DNA of 64,000 nucleotides, from assembly GCA_965223415.1 (NCBI GenBank), contig OZ245002.1, positions 4,704,001 to 4,768,000 of the forward strand, written 5' to 3'. This DNA is from Myxococcota bacterium (GTDB lineage: Bacteria; Myxococcota_A; UBA9160; UBA6930). Below, one piece after another: positions 1-8,417 of this stretch. Each line of letters starts with the position of its first letter. Position 1 is the first letter of the stretch. Under the pieces are notes generated by a model, which worked only from the letters and a program-made list of their open reading frames with translations, did not search any database and was not told the DNA's origin. Both the position numbers and the translations under genes were made by a program.

Positions 1-237
1 CACCGGCGTCTCGGGCTGCTGCTCCTTCGCGGCGCGCAGCACGTCCATGCCGGAGGGGCCGTCACCCAACGCGAGATCGGTGAGCACGAAGTCGAAGGGC
101 TCGGCGCCGAGCTTGGCGATGGCCTCGTGGCCGTCGCCGGCCTGCTCGCTCTCGAAGCCCTCGCGCTTCAGCAGGCCCGAGAGCGCCAGGCGGATGGCGC
201 GCTCGTCTTCGACGATCAGGATGCGGGGACCGGTCAT
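1..237 (-). CDS. Response regulator, receiver domain (5' part only; runs off the window), probably NtrC-type
   Basis: Manual translation MTGPRILIVEDERAIRLALSGLLKREGF...FDFVLTDLALGDGPSGMDVL is a typical REC domain. The ATG overlaps the kinase stop (ATGA). Confidence 0.85.
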   Translation of the reverse strand, partial: MTGPRILIVEDERAIRLALSGLLKREGFESEQAGDGHEAIAKLGAEPFDFVLTDLALGDGPSGMDVLRAAKEQQPETPV

Positions 238-1307
238 GTGAGCTCCTGGGCCGGGGCCGCGGGTGTGGGCAGCGTCACGAGGAAGGCCGCTCCGTCGGAG
301 GGGCTCTCCAGCTCGATGCGGCCGCCGTGGGCCTCGATGATCTTCTTGGTGAGCGCGAGGCCGAGGCCGGTGCCCTCGTCCTTCGACGAGTAGAAGGGGC
401 TCCAGATGTCGGCGCGCTGCGTCTCGGGGATGCCGTGGCCGTGATCGCGCACGCGCAGCCAGGCCTCGGTGCCGGCCAGGTTCTCGCCGCACTCGATCTC
501 GAGCACCGGCCGCTTCGCGTCGCGCATGGCGTCGAGGCCGTTGCCGATCAGGTTGATCACCACCCGTCGCAGCTTCTCGGGATCGCCCTGGATCTCGGGG
601 GCGCCGTCGGTGCGTAGCCGTACCTCGACGCGCTCCCGGTCGATGCGCTCGCGGAAGGTCTCGAGCGCGCCTCGAACCACCTCACGCAGCTCGAGGGGCT
701 CGGCCTGGAAGCCCTCCTCCCGGGCGAAGCGCAGCAGGTGGGAGATGCTCTTCTCCACCCGCTCCAGCTCCTCCAGGGCGACGTGGGCGTACTCGACGTT
801 CTCATGGGAGCCCGGGTCCTCGCCCATCTGCTGGACCAGGCTCTTGGCCGCCGTGATGGGATTGCGGATCTCGTGGGCCACGCCCGCCGCCAGGTGCTCG
901 ATGTGTCGCACGTGCTCGCCCTGGGTCTGGTGGCGGTGGGCGGCCACCTCGTGATCGAGCTCGCGCCGGACCTCGCGTTCGATCCAGCGCTCGCGGAGCT
1001 GGGGCTCGAGGACCTTCTTCAGATAGTCGCCCAGCAGGATGAAGCCGCCGATCAGGATCACCCAGCGCGCCGCCGCACCGGCGAAGACCCCGACGATGGC
1101 CGTGGCCAGGAGCAGGCCCATCAGGTCCTTCGCGAGCTTGGCCTTGGCCTTGCCCCGCCGGCGCCCACGGGCGATCGGGTCCGCCGGGTCGTACTCGGCG
1201 TCCACCGCGGGCTCGCGGTGCTCGTGCCCGTGCCGCCGGTTGCGCCGGCGTCTTCGCGCCGCCTGCTTCGTGGGGCCGCCTCCGCACGCATGGGCCCGGC
1301 CGCTCAC
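234..1307 (-). CDS. Membrane sensor histidine kinase (HisKA + HATPase_c)
   Basis: H-box AHEIRNPI, N-box NLIGNGLDA, G1 DHGHG and G2 GTGLGL. Short TM segment. Start placed at the GTG overlapping the upstream stop (GTGA). Confidence 0.9.
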   Translation of the reverse strand: MSGRAHACGGGPTKQAARRRRRNRRHGHEHREPAVDAEYDPADPIARGRRRGKAKAKLAKDLMGLLLATAIVGVFAGAAARWVILIGGFILLGDYLKKVLEPQLRERWIEREVRRELDHEVAAHRHQTQGEHVRHIEHLAAGVAHEIRNPITAAKSLVQQMGEDPGSHENVEYAHVALEELERVEKSISHLLRFAREEGFQAEPLELREVVRGALETFRERIDRERVEVRLRTDGAPEIQGDPEKLRRVVINLIGNGLDAMRDAKRPVLEIECGENLAGTEAWLRVRDHGHGIPETQRADIWSPFYSSKDEGTGLGLALTKKIIEAHGGRIELESPSDGAAFLVTLPTPAAPAQELT

Positions 1308-2470
1308 GAGCGGCTCTCCTGGGGCTCGCGGATCTCCTTGGGGAAGGTCAGCACGAACTCGGTGCCGCTTCCCGGATCCGAGTGGGCCTCGATCGAGCCG
1401 CCGTGGGCGTCGACGACCTTCTTCGAGATGGCCAGGCCGAGGCCGGTGCCGGTCTCCTTCGAGGTGTAGAAGGGGCTGAAGATCCGGGTCAGCCGTTCGG
1501 GCTCCATGCCCGGCCCGTTGTCCTTCACGCGGATCCACACCTCCGTGCCCGCCAGGTTCTCGCCCGCCTGGACGTTCAGGGCCGGATGCTCGGTGTGGCC
1601 CTCGGCGAAGGCGTCGAGGGCGTTGCCGACCAGGTTGATGATCACCCGTCGCAGCTTCTCCGGATCCCCGCGCATCGCGCCGGCTCCCTGGACGTCCTGG
1701 TGGACGACCACGCCGAGGGTCTCCAGGCGATCGCGGAAGGTCTCGAGGGCCGACTCGACCACCTCGGCCATGTGCACCTCGCGCAGGTCCACGTCCTCGT
1801 CCCGCGCGAACTTCAGCAGGTGGGAGATGCTGCGCTCGACCCGCTCCAGCTCTTCCAGGGCGACGTTCGCGTACTCGACGTTCTCGCCCGCGGCCGGGTC
1901 CTCGCCCATCTGCTGCACCAGGCTCTTCGCCGCCGTGATCGGGTTGCGGATCTCGTGGGCGATGGACGCCGAGAGCTCCTCGACCCGCTTCGACTGCTGG
2001 CCCTCGAGCTGCACGCGCTCCCGGGTGACGTCGTGGCCGACGCGCTGGTCGACCTGGTCGTGGATCCAGCGCTTGCGCAGGTCCGGCACGACGAGAGCGA
2101 AGAAGTAGTGGAGCCCGAGGCCGAGGCCCCAGGGCACCGCGGTCCAGAACGCGGCTCGCGGGCCGGCGATCAGAAGCAGGAAGCCGTTCACGGCGAGGTA
2201 CGGAATCAGGTGCGCCATGAACCCGATGCGCGCGTTGGCCGCCTTGCGGGCCTCGCGGTAGGCCCGCTCGCGGGGGGAGACCCCGGCCTGCTGGGCCTGG
2301 GGGAGATCGGCCTCATCGTCGTCCGGGCCGTAGGTCTGGCTCCAGGTCCAGTCCTGCTGGTCCCGGTGCCTGGCTCGGCGGGCCTCCAAACGCTCCTCCT
2401 GGCGGCGCCTCTGCCGCTCGCGGGTAGTACGGGAGCGGGGCGAGCGAGGTTCGTCGCGCCGTCGGGACAT
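1304..2470 (-). CDS. Membrane sensor histidine kinase with 2TM-type N-terminal domain (paralog of the downstream kinase)
   Basis: AHEIRNPI, NLVGNALDA, DNGPG and GTGLGL motifs. Two-helix segment GFMAHLIPYLAVNGFLLLI...WGLGLGLHYF. GGAGG SD before the ATG at 2470. Confidence 0.9.
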   Translation of the reverse strand: MSRRRDEPRSPRSRTTRERQRRRQEERLEARRARHRDQQDWTWSQTYGPDDDEADLPQAQQAGVSPRERAYREARKAANARIGFMAHLIPYLAVNGFLLLIAGPRAAFWTAVPWGLGLGLHYFFALVVPDLRKRWIHDQVDQRVGHDVTRERVQLEGQQSKRVEELSASIAHEIRNPITAAKSLVQQMGEDPAAGENVEYANVALEELERVERSISHLLKFARDEDVDLREVHMAEVVESALETFRDRLETLGVVVHQDVQGAGAMRGDPEKLRRVIINLVGNALDAFAEGHTEHPALNVQAGENLAGTEVWIRVKDNGPGMEPERLTRIFSPFYTSKETGTGLGLAISKKVVDAHGGSIEAHSDPGSGTEFVLTFPKEIREPQESRS

Positions 2471-2540
2471 GCAGGGGCCTCCCAGGGCGGGCTCGGAGCC
2501 GGCGGGTTCGGTCCGCTCGAAGATCATGCCCGATCCGGAG

Positions 2541-2556
2541 AGCAAGGGCCGTGCCC
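2541..2556 (-). promoter_or_regulatory. Sigma-54 (-24/-12) promoter for the kinase-kinase-regulator operon
   Basis: The minus strand reads GGGCACGGCCCTTGCT, i.e. GG-N10-GC with GGCAC and TTGC consensus, about 70 nt upstream of the ATG. Confidence 0.7.
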
Positions 2557-2594
2557 GTTTCGGGAACCCTGGAAATCCGGGCAGTTACGGATTG

Positions 2595-2630
2595 ACTGTC
2601 GCCGGCCTGCTGCAGCCCGGGGGCGACAGT
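2595..2630. promoter_or_regulatory. Inverted repeat, candidate upstream activator site
   Basis: ACTGTCGCC-N18-GGCGACAGT, upstream of the sigma-54 site. Confidence 0.4.
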
Positions 2631-2694
2631 GCAGCGCTGGCGCTGCACCCTCCCCGGGGATTGCGCGGCCGGCCGTGGCAGGCAAAGTAGGGCC

Positions 2695-2958
2695 ATGACC
2701 GAATCCGACCCGACCCCCGAGGGTGACGAGACCCCGGAGTATGCACCGACTCCGTTCGACGGCCCGTACTTCGTGCCCGTGCTGCTCCTCGGCATGTCGC
2801 TCTGGTTCGCCTACGACGGCTTCTTGAACCCGGCCCGGCTCGATCCCAACGAGTCGCTCAGCAACTACCTGGCCTTCAACCAGTGGGGCGCGGTGATCCT
2901 GGCCGTGGCCGGGTTCGTTCTCGGGGTGCGGGCCTGGCGCCGGCGGCGCGACGCCTGA
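2695..2958 (+). CDS. Small hypothetical membrane protein (two TM helices)
   Basis: Two hydrophobic segments, basic C-terminus, typical codon usage. Confidence 0.6.
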   Translation: MTESDPTPEGDETPEYAPTPFDGPYFVPVLLLGMSLWFAYDGFLNPARLDPNESLSNYLAFNQWGAVILAVAGFVLGVRAWRRRRDA

Positions 2959-3681
2959 TCAGGAGGCCTCGCCGGGCGAGGGCACGACCGGCGGGACGCT
3001 GCCGGGCTCCGCCGGCGCGACCTGCACGCCGCCGGCCTCGGGGTTCTCGCTCTCGGGATTCACCAGGCCCGCCGACATCACCAGCTTGAAGGCCTGCTCG
3101 ACGCTCAGGTCGATGGGGGTCAAGTCGGCCTCGGGAACGAGGAGGTAGAAGCCCGAGGTGGGGTTCGGCGTCGTCGGCACGAACACGTTCACCAGGTTCG
3201 GCGGCAGCTCGGCGTGGCCCAGGCCGCGGACCGGCCCGGTCACGAAGGCCAGCGCGTAGAGGCCGGCGCGGGGATACTGGATGATCGCCACCCGGTTGAA
3301 GCTGGCCGTGGCGTCGCTGCTCCGGAAGATCGCCTCGAAGAGCTGCTTCACCGCGGCGTAGATGTTGCGGGCCACCGGCACGCGCGAGAGCAGCCGCTCC
3401 CACAGCCGCACCAGCTCCCAGCCGAACAGGTGTCGGGCGATGACGCCGAACAGCAGGATCACGATCAGCGTGAAGACCGCTCCGAGGAGCGGGATGGTCG
3501 GCGGATCCTGGACGCCCGGGAAGACCCAGCGCAGCACCGTGGGCAGGAGCAGGTTGTCGAGCCGTTGCACGATCCAGGCGATCGCCCAGACCGTGATCCC
3601 GATCGGCGCGAAGGCCAACACCCCCGCCACGAAGTAGCGGCCCAGCACCAGCCGGATGTTCTTCCAGAGCCTCGAGAGCAT
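2959..3681 (-). CDS. DUF502 family membrane protein
   Basis: VPVARNIYAAVKQ and VFVPTTPNPTSGF motifs. Confidence 0.9.
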   Translation of the reverse strand: MLSRLWKNIRLVLGRYFVAGVLAFAPIGITVWAIAWIVQRLDNLLLPTVLRWVFPGVQDPPTIPLLGAVFTLIVILLFGVIARHLFGWELVRLWERLLSRVPVARNIYAAVKQLFEAIFRSSDATASFNRVAIIQYPRAGLYALAFVTGPVRGLGHAELPPNLVNVFVPTTPNPTSGFYLLVPEADLTPIDLSVEQAFKLVMSAGLVNPESENPEAGGVQVAPAEPGSVPPVVPSPGEAS

Positions 3682-3740
3682 CGCTCTAGACTGTATCGGT
3701 AGCGGGCCTCTCGTGCGTGAGGGCCCCGAGGAGGTCCCCC

Positions 3741-4133
3741 ATGGTCAAGCTGGTCTTCTGTCTACGCCGCCTGCCCGCGCTCTCCCGGGAGGAGTTCCAG
3801 CGCTACTGGCGGGAGAACCACGCCCCGCTGGTCGCCCGGCACGCGGAGGCCCTCGGGATCCTGCGCTACGTCCAGCTCCACTCGGAGCCCGACGAGCTGC
3901 CGGCGAACCAGCTGCTGCGGGCCAGTCGGAGCGCGCCCGAGCCCTACGACGGGATCGCGGAGCTCTGGTGGGAGAGCCAGGACGCCATGGCCGCGGCGAC
4001 GGCGAGCGAGGCCGGCCGCCAGGCGGGGGCCGTGCTCCTGGAAGACGAGCGGCGCTTCATCGATCTCGAGCGCTCGCCCCTGTGGCTGGCCCGGGAGCAC
4101 GAGGTGGTCCGGGCGGCGGAGTGGAGGGCCTGA
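3741..4133 (+). CDS. EthD domain protein
   Basis: MVKLVFCLRR...SREEFQRYWRENHAPLV...YDGIAELWW. GAGGAGG SD. Confidence 0.85.
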   Translation: MVKLVFCLRRLPALSREEFQRYWRENHAPLVARHAEALGILRYVQLHSEPDELPANQLLRASRSAPEPYDGIAELWWESQDAMAAATASEAGRQAGAVLLEDERRFIDLERSPLWLAREHEVVRAAEWRA

Positions 4134-4884
4134 GGGAAGCGGAGAGGCGCCGGCCGGCCAGCATGAGCAGCAGGCACCCGGCGAGGAGGGACAGCGCCGC
4201 CGGCTCCGGCACGAAGTGCAGCACCAGCGTGGACGCCGAGGCCGTGCGGCGGAGGAGGGAGCTACCGCCGGCTCCGAGGCTGACGGCCACGATCGACGGC
4301 GCGACGAGCGTCACGCTGCCGGCGCCACCGGCCGTGAGATCGTTCGCACCGGTGAACATCGCCGTCGACGGAATGGTCCGCGAGACGCTGAACAAGCCCG
4401 TCGCCGTCCAAGTGCGCGTCGTCCACGCGAGGTGCGTGTACGTCACCGTCACCGGCCCGACCAAGGGGTTGGCGGTCACGATCTGCGAGCTCACCGAGAC
4501 CCCGACCGAGAGCGGAACGGACCACATGACGAGCGGAATGCCTTGGGCGATAAAGGCAAAGGTGGCTCCGCCCATCCCGCGGTTCGCGACCCCGTCGACG
4601 AGCGTGATCGAGCCGGACAGCTGCTTGTCGACGGTAAACCGCGGCGGACCCGGCGCGCCGGGATCGAACAGTACGGCCCAACCCACTCCGGGCAGGATGG
4701 TCACCGCCGCGGTGTAGGACGTGCCCGTCGAGCTGCCCGACGCGAAGAAACGCGGATCGGCGGGCGTCACCGTGAACGTCGTCCCCTCGAGGCTGGTGTG
4801 CCAGCTCGCGGAGGTCAGCGTTCCGGCCCGGGCCGAGCCCGCCGTCCACACGAGGATCGCAGCGAGAATCAGGAGCTTCTGCAT
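4057..4884 (-). CDS. PEP-CTERM sorting-domain surface protein
   Basis: N-terminal signal peptide, Thr/Ser/Gly-rich body, VPEP + hydrophobic helix + RR. Confidence 0.8.
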   Translation of the reverse strand: MQKLLILAAILVWTAGSARAGTLTSASWHTSLEGTTFTVTPADPRFFASGSSTGTSYTAAVTILPGVGWAVLFDPGAPGPPRFTVDKQLSGSITLVDGVANRGMGGATFAFIAQGIPLVMWSVPLSVGVSVSSQIVTANPLVGPVTVTYTHLAWTTRTWTATGLFSVSRTIPSTAMFTGANDLTAGGAGSVTLVAPSIVAVSLGAGGSSLLRRTASASTLVLHFVPEPAALSLLAGCLLLMLAGRRLSASLRPSTPPPGPPRAPGPATGASARDR

Positions 4885-5008
4885 CACACAACCCCACGCC
4901 GATCGCCTGGGACCAAGGGACAGCGTCGATGGTGCCACACGCCCGCTCCACGCACACGCCGCAGGAGCGCGGTCGAAGCCCCTGGCTGGCTCATCGCGCC
5001 AGGTCGCT

Positions 5009-5173
5009 CTAGAAGAGCGGCTCGTCGTCCGGCGCGTAGGCGGTGATCTCGCAGGAGAGCGAGATGACCTCGAAGCTGGGGGGCTCGTAGGCCTCCGTCC
5101 GCACGTTCTCGCGGTCCGGGCGGGTCTCGTGGTGTTCGCGATCCATGGCCGGCCAGGCTAGCAGATCGCTCAT
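5009..5173 (-). CDS. PqqA-like precursor peptide (ExxxY); alternative start 5146
   Basis: MSDLLAWPAMDREHHETRPDRENVRTEAYEPPSFEVISLSCEITAYAPDDEPLF. The segment PSFEVISLSCEITAY resembles PqqA cores (EITAY = ExxxY). ATGA overlap with the sulfotransferase stop. Confidence 0.65.
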   Translation of the reverse strand: MSDLLAWPAMDREHHETRPDRENVRTEAYEPPSFEVISLSCEITAYAPDDEPLF

Positions 5174-6183
5174 CGCAGGAGCACGTCGCAGGCGCCCCGC
5201 ACCCGTCGGACGAGCCGGCCCAAGGCGTTGCGCTGGATGTTGCGGCGGGCGGCGACGAGCAGGCGGCGCTCGAGGGCGTAGCGGGTGAGCTTGGCCCGGG
5301 AGGGGCCGGCGTCCCGCGGCTCGATCTCGGCCAGGGCCTTGCGCAGCTCCTCGCCCGGGTAGCCCCAGGTGGCCAGGTCCGGGTCGGTGAGGCGCGCGGC
5401 GATCTCCCGGCACTGGCCGAGCCGCGCAGGGTCGGCCGCCAGGGCCTCGGCCCATTTCGCCACGGAGGCGGTGGTCGGCCGGCTCTGCTGGGCCACGCCG
5501 GTGGGATCGCCGAGGCCCCGTGCGGAGGCGGCGCCCCCGCCGGCCGAGGCGCCGTAGTCGATCATGCCCGGCTCGTACTCGACGCCCAGGAACGCACACG
5601 CCGCCTCCATGTGCGTCTCGGGGGCCTGGACCAGCTCCTCGTAGCGCAGGTGGTGCAGGTCGACGGGCTGCTCGCGCAGGAAGCGCGCGATCGCCGGGAC
5701 GTAGCGCTCGAGGATCGGGTTGTGGGCGTGGGCGCTCTCGTGGTCGCCGTCGAAGAACGAGTCGACGACGCTCGACCACACCGCCATCGGGTGGCGGGTG
5801 AGGACGAGGTACTTCGCTTCCGGGTAGAGCCGGGTCAGGAAGTCGAGCACCAGCGAGTAGGCGGGCGTCTTGTCGAGGAAGAGGCGGCAGCCCGAGGGCT
5901 CGAGGGCCTTCGCGTACAGGTGGTTCGTGGCGGCGCGCAGGGCGTCCAGGTAGTCCGCCTCGCCGCCGGGCAGCAGGCCCACGAGCTCGCGCAGGCCGAG
6001 CTGGGTGATGGTGGGGTCGTAGGGCGCTTTCTCGACCTTGTCGTGGAAGCCCAGGTGGGCCAGCGGCGGCATCAGGTGCGGCTCCACCGGGGCGAAGATG
6101 GCCGGGTGGGCGCCCAGCATGCGCGTCGTCAGGGTGGTGCCCCCGCGCGGCGGGCCGATCAGAAAGACGAGTCGGTCTTGCAT
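5170..6183 (-). CDS. PAPS-dependent sulfotransferase (Sulfotransfer_3-like)
   Basis: 5'-PSB loop GPPRGGTTL, LDKTP, 3'-PB RHPMAVWSS and LRYEELV. Confidence 0.9.
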   Translation of the reverse strand: MQDRLVFLIGPPRGGTTLTTRMLGAHPAIFAPVEPHLMPPLAHLGFHDKVEKAPYDPTITQLGLRELVGLLPGGEADYLDALRAATNHLYAKALEPSGCRLFLDKTPAYSLVLDFLTRLYPEAKYLVLTRHPMAVWSSVVDSFFDGDHESAHAHNPILERYVPAIARFLREQPVDLHHLRYEELVQAPETHMEAACAFLGVEYEPGMIDYGASAGGGAASARGLGDPTGVAQQSRPTTASVAKWAEALAADPARLGQCREIAARLTDPDLATWGYPGEELRKALAEIEPRDAGPSRAKLTRYALERRLLVAARRNIQRNALGRLVRRVRGACDVLLR

Positions 6184-6273
6184 GGAGTCCTTCCCATCGG
6201 TCGCGAGCCGACCGGGCCTTGAGAGTAGGCAGGGTCCGCGCTCGTGGCCGATGCCCGGGGCGGCCCGGCCGCG

Positions 6274-7470
6274 TCAGACCTCGAAGCCGTTCTCGGCGGC
6301 TGTCTGCTGGAGCCAGGTGGCGGAGCGGCGCGGGGTGCGGGCGTCGGTCTCCGGGTCCAGCGCGACGAGGCCCAGGCCCCGGGGCGGGGCGGTGGGCGTG
6401 TCGCGGATGTCGAGCAGGTGGGGGGCGTGGTAGGCGCGTAGCTCGACACCCCGGGCGACGGCCTCGGCGGCGCCTTCCAGCTCGCCGCGAAGGCGGAGCA
6501 GGCGCTCCTCGTCCGGCAGGGCGCCATCGGGCTCCGGCTCCGGATCGTCCAGGCAGGGGAGGCCCACCAGCTCGAGGGGTGGGCAATCGGGTCCTGCGAA
6601 GCGCTCCTGGAGCAGCCGGCAGACCGTCTCGGGCCAGCGGCTCGCGTCGAAGGCGGCCGGCAGCGCCTCGGCCTCGTGGCCGAGGCGGGGATCGTCGCGC
6701 GCGCGGATGCGCACCGGAGGAGCCAGCCGAACCGAGAGGAAGTCCGGGGCGCCGAGGCAGCGCTCGCCGTCCCCGTCGCGGGCCTCCAGCTCGGGCACCG
6801 GGCGGCCCTCGGCGTCTGCGTAGGGCGGCGGGTAGCCGCGGCCCTGGGCCGGGCCCAGGAAGAGCTCGGCGTGGCCGGCCCGCCACAGGCGGAAGGCCTC
6901 CTCGTCGTCGCTCCCGTCGCCCTCGGGCTCGGCGGGGGCGGCGACGAGGCCAGCGCCTAGGGCCAGGCCGTCGCGCTCGGCGCGCAGGGCCTCGGCGCCT
7001 GCCGCCTGGGCCAGGTTCGCCACGTGGACCCCGCGCAGGAAGGCGCGGCGCTCGGGCAGCGCCTCGCGCAGAAAGAGGGATGGGGCGTCGAGGAGGAGCC
7101 AGGCGTCGACCCGGTCCGCCAGCGCTCGTCCCAGGGCCGATGCGTAGTCGGCGAAGCGTCCCGCCGTATCGCGGTCGGCCCAGCCGCCGCGCCTCGCCAG
7201 GGCGTCCGGCAGCTCGCCCTGGTGCAGCACGGGGAGCGGCCGGATGCCGGCGGCGAGGAGCCCGTCCACCAGGGTGCGGTAGGCATCGAGGACGTCCGGT
7301 CGGGCCGGTCCGCGGCCCTCGGGCTGGACCCGCGGCCAGGGGACGCCGAAGCGGTAGCTCGAGAGCCCGAGCCGGCCGAGCAGCTCGACGTCCTGGGTGG
7401 CGGCTCCCTGGCCGGTGGCGGCGCTGGCGGCTCCCCAGAGGAAGCCCTCCGGGAAGCGAAGGCGAGACAT
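6274..7470 (-). CDS. Glycoside hydrolase family 1-like protein lacking catalytic residues
   Basis: FPEGFLWGAASAA, YRFGVPWPRVQPEG and DALARRGGW match GH1. The NEP motif reads LDAP and ITENG reads LVGLP. Confidence 0.75.
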   Translation of the reverse strand: MSRLRFPEGFLWGAASAATGQGAATQDVELLGRLGLSSYRFGVPWPRVQPEGRGPARPDVLDAYRTLVDGLLAAGIRPLPVLHQGELPDALARRGGWADRDTAGRFADYASALGRALADRVDAWLLLDAPSLFLREALPERRAFLRGVHVANLAQAAGAEALRAERDGLALGAGLVAAPAEPEGDGSDDEEAFRLWRAGHAELFLGPAQGRGYPPPYADAEGRPVPELEARDGDGERCLGAPDFLSVRLAPPVRIRARDDPRLGHEAEALPAAFDASRWPETVCRLLQERFAGPDCPPLELVGLPCLDDPEPEPDGALPDEERLLRLRGELEGAAEAVARGVELRAYHAPHLLDIRDTPTAPPRGLGLVALDPETDARTPRRSATWLQQTAAENGFEV

Positions 7471-7568
7471 GCGGCGGGATCTTCTCGGACCCGCGGCCCC
7501 CGGCGCAAGGCTGCCGGCCTCCGGCGCAAGCCGGCCCTCGGGGCCGCCGATGGTAGGTTCCAGTCGCC

Positions 7569-8417
7569 ATGAACGAGCAGGTCGCCCAGCCCTCTCCCGC
7601 ACCGTCCCGCGAGTGGCTTCTCGCCGTGGCGCTGCTGGTGGTCTTCGCGCCGGCGATCGCGGGCATGGCGGAGCAGTGGCGCACCTTCGACTACCTGTCC
7701 CACGGGTTCCTCGTCCCGGTGGTCTCGCTGTGGGCCTTCCTGCGCGAGCGGCCCTTCCGGGAGCGCGTGGCCGCGGCCGCCGATGGTCGCGGCGCGGTGC
7801 TCATCGGCGTGGCGCTGCTCACCTACCTGGCGGGGCTCGCGGCCAGCGTGGTCTCCCTCCAGGGCGTGGCCCTGGTGGCGGCCGTGGCGGGCGCGGCCTG
7901 GCTGCTGCGGGGCACGGCGTGGCTTCGGGCAGCCTCGTTCCCGATCGCGTTCCTCCTGTTCATGGTGCCGCCGCCCCAGGGCTGGATCACGCCGTTGATC
8001 GTGCAGCTCCAGCTCTTCGTGTCCGTGGTGGCCCTGACCATCGTGCGCGGCCTCGGCCTCGAGGTGGTGCGGGACGGGAACGTGCTCACCCTGGCGAGCG
8101 GGGAGTCGCTCTTCGTGGCCGAGGCCTGCAGCGGGGTCACGTCGGTCATCACGCTGACCCCGCTCGCGGTGGTGCTCGGCTACTACGGCCTGCGCCGGCT
8201 TGGATCGCGGGTCGCGCTGGTCGTGGCGGTCATCCCCCTGGCCATGCTCGGCAACCTGACCCGGGTGGTGGCGACGGTGTGGCTCGCAGATGCGGAGAGC
8301 GTGGCCTTCGCGACCGAGGGCCCGCTCCACGACGTGCTGGGCCTGAGCACCTACCTGGTCGCCTGCCTCGGCATGCTCGGGGTCGCCGCGCTCCTGCGCC
8401 GCTGGGAAGAAGCCTGA
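7569..8417 (+). CDS. Exosortase family protein
   Basis: Multi-TM. SHGFLVP plus the catalytic-triad motifs ACSG, NLTRV and LHD. Confidence 0.9.
   Translation: MNEQVAQPSPAPSREWLLAVALLVVFAPAIAGMAEQWRTFDYLSHGFLVPVVSLWAFLRERPFRERVAAAADGRGAVLIGVALLTYLAGLAASVVSLQGVALVAAVAGAAWLLRGTAWLRAASFPIAFLLFMVPPPQGWITPLIVQLQLFVSVVALTIVRGLGLEVVRDGNVLTLASGESLFVAEACSGVTSVITLTPLAVVLGYYGLRRLGSRVALVVAVIPLAMLGNLTRVVATVWLADAESVAFATEGPLHDVLGLSTYLVACLGMLGVAALLRRWEEA

Noticed and set aside
5009..7684. Very long R/P/G/A-rich ORFs in the track (e.g. 5009-7684, 13771-16869, 33235-36042, 37118-39940, and the upstream part of 51395-55207)
   Set aside because: Shadow or antisense frames of real genes in GC-rich DNA. Only the tails of 5009-7684 (peptide) and 51395-55207 (glycosyltransferase) were kept.
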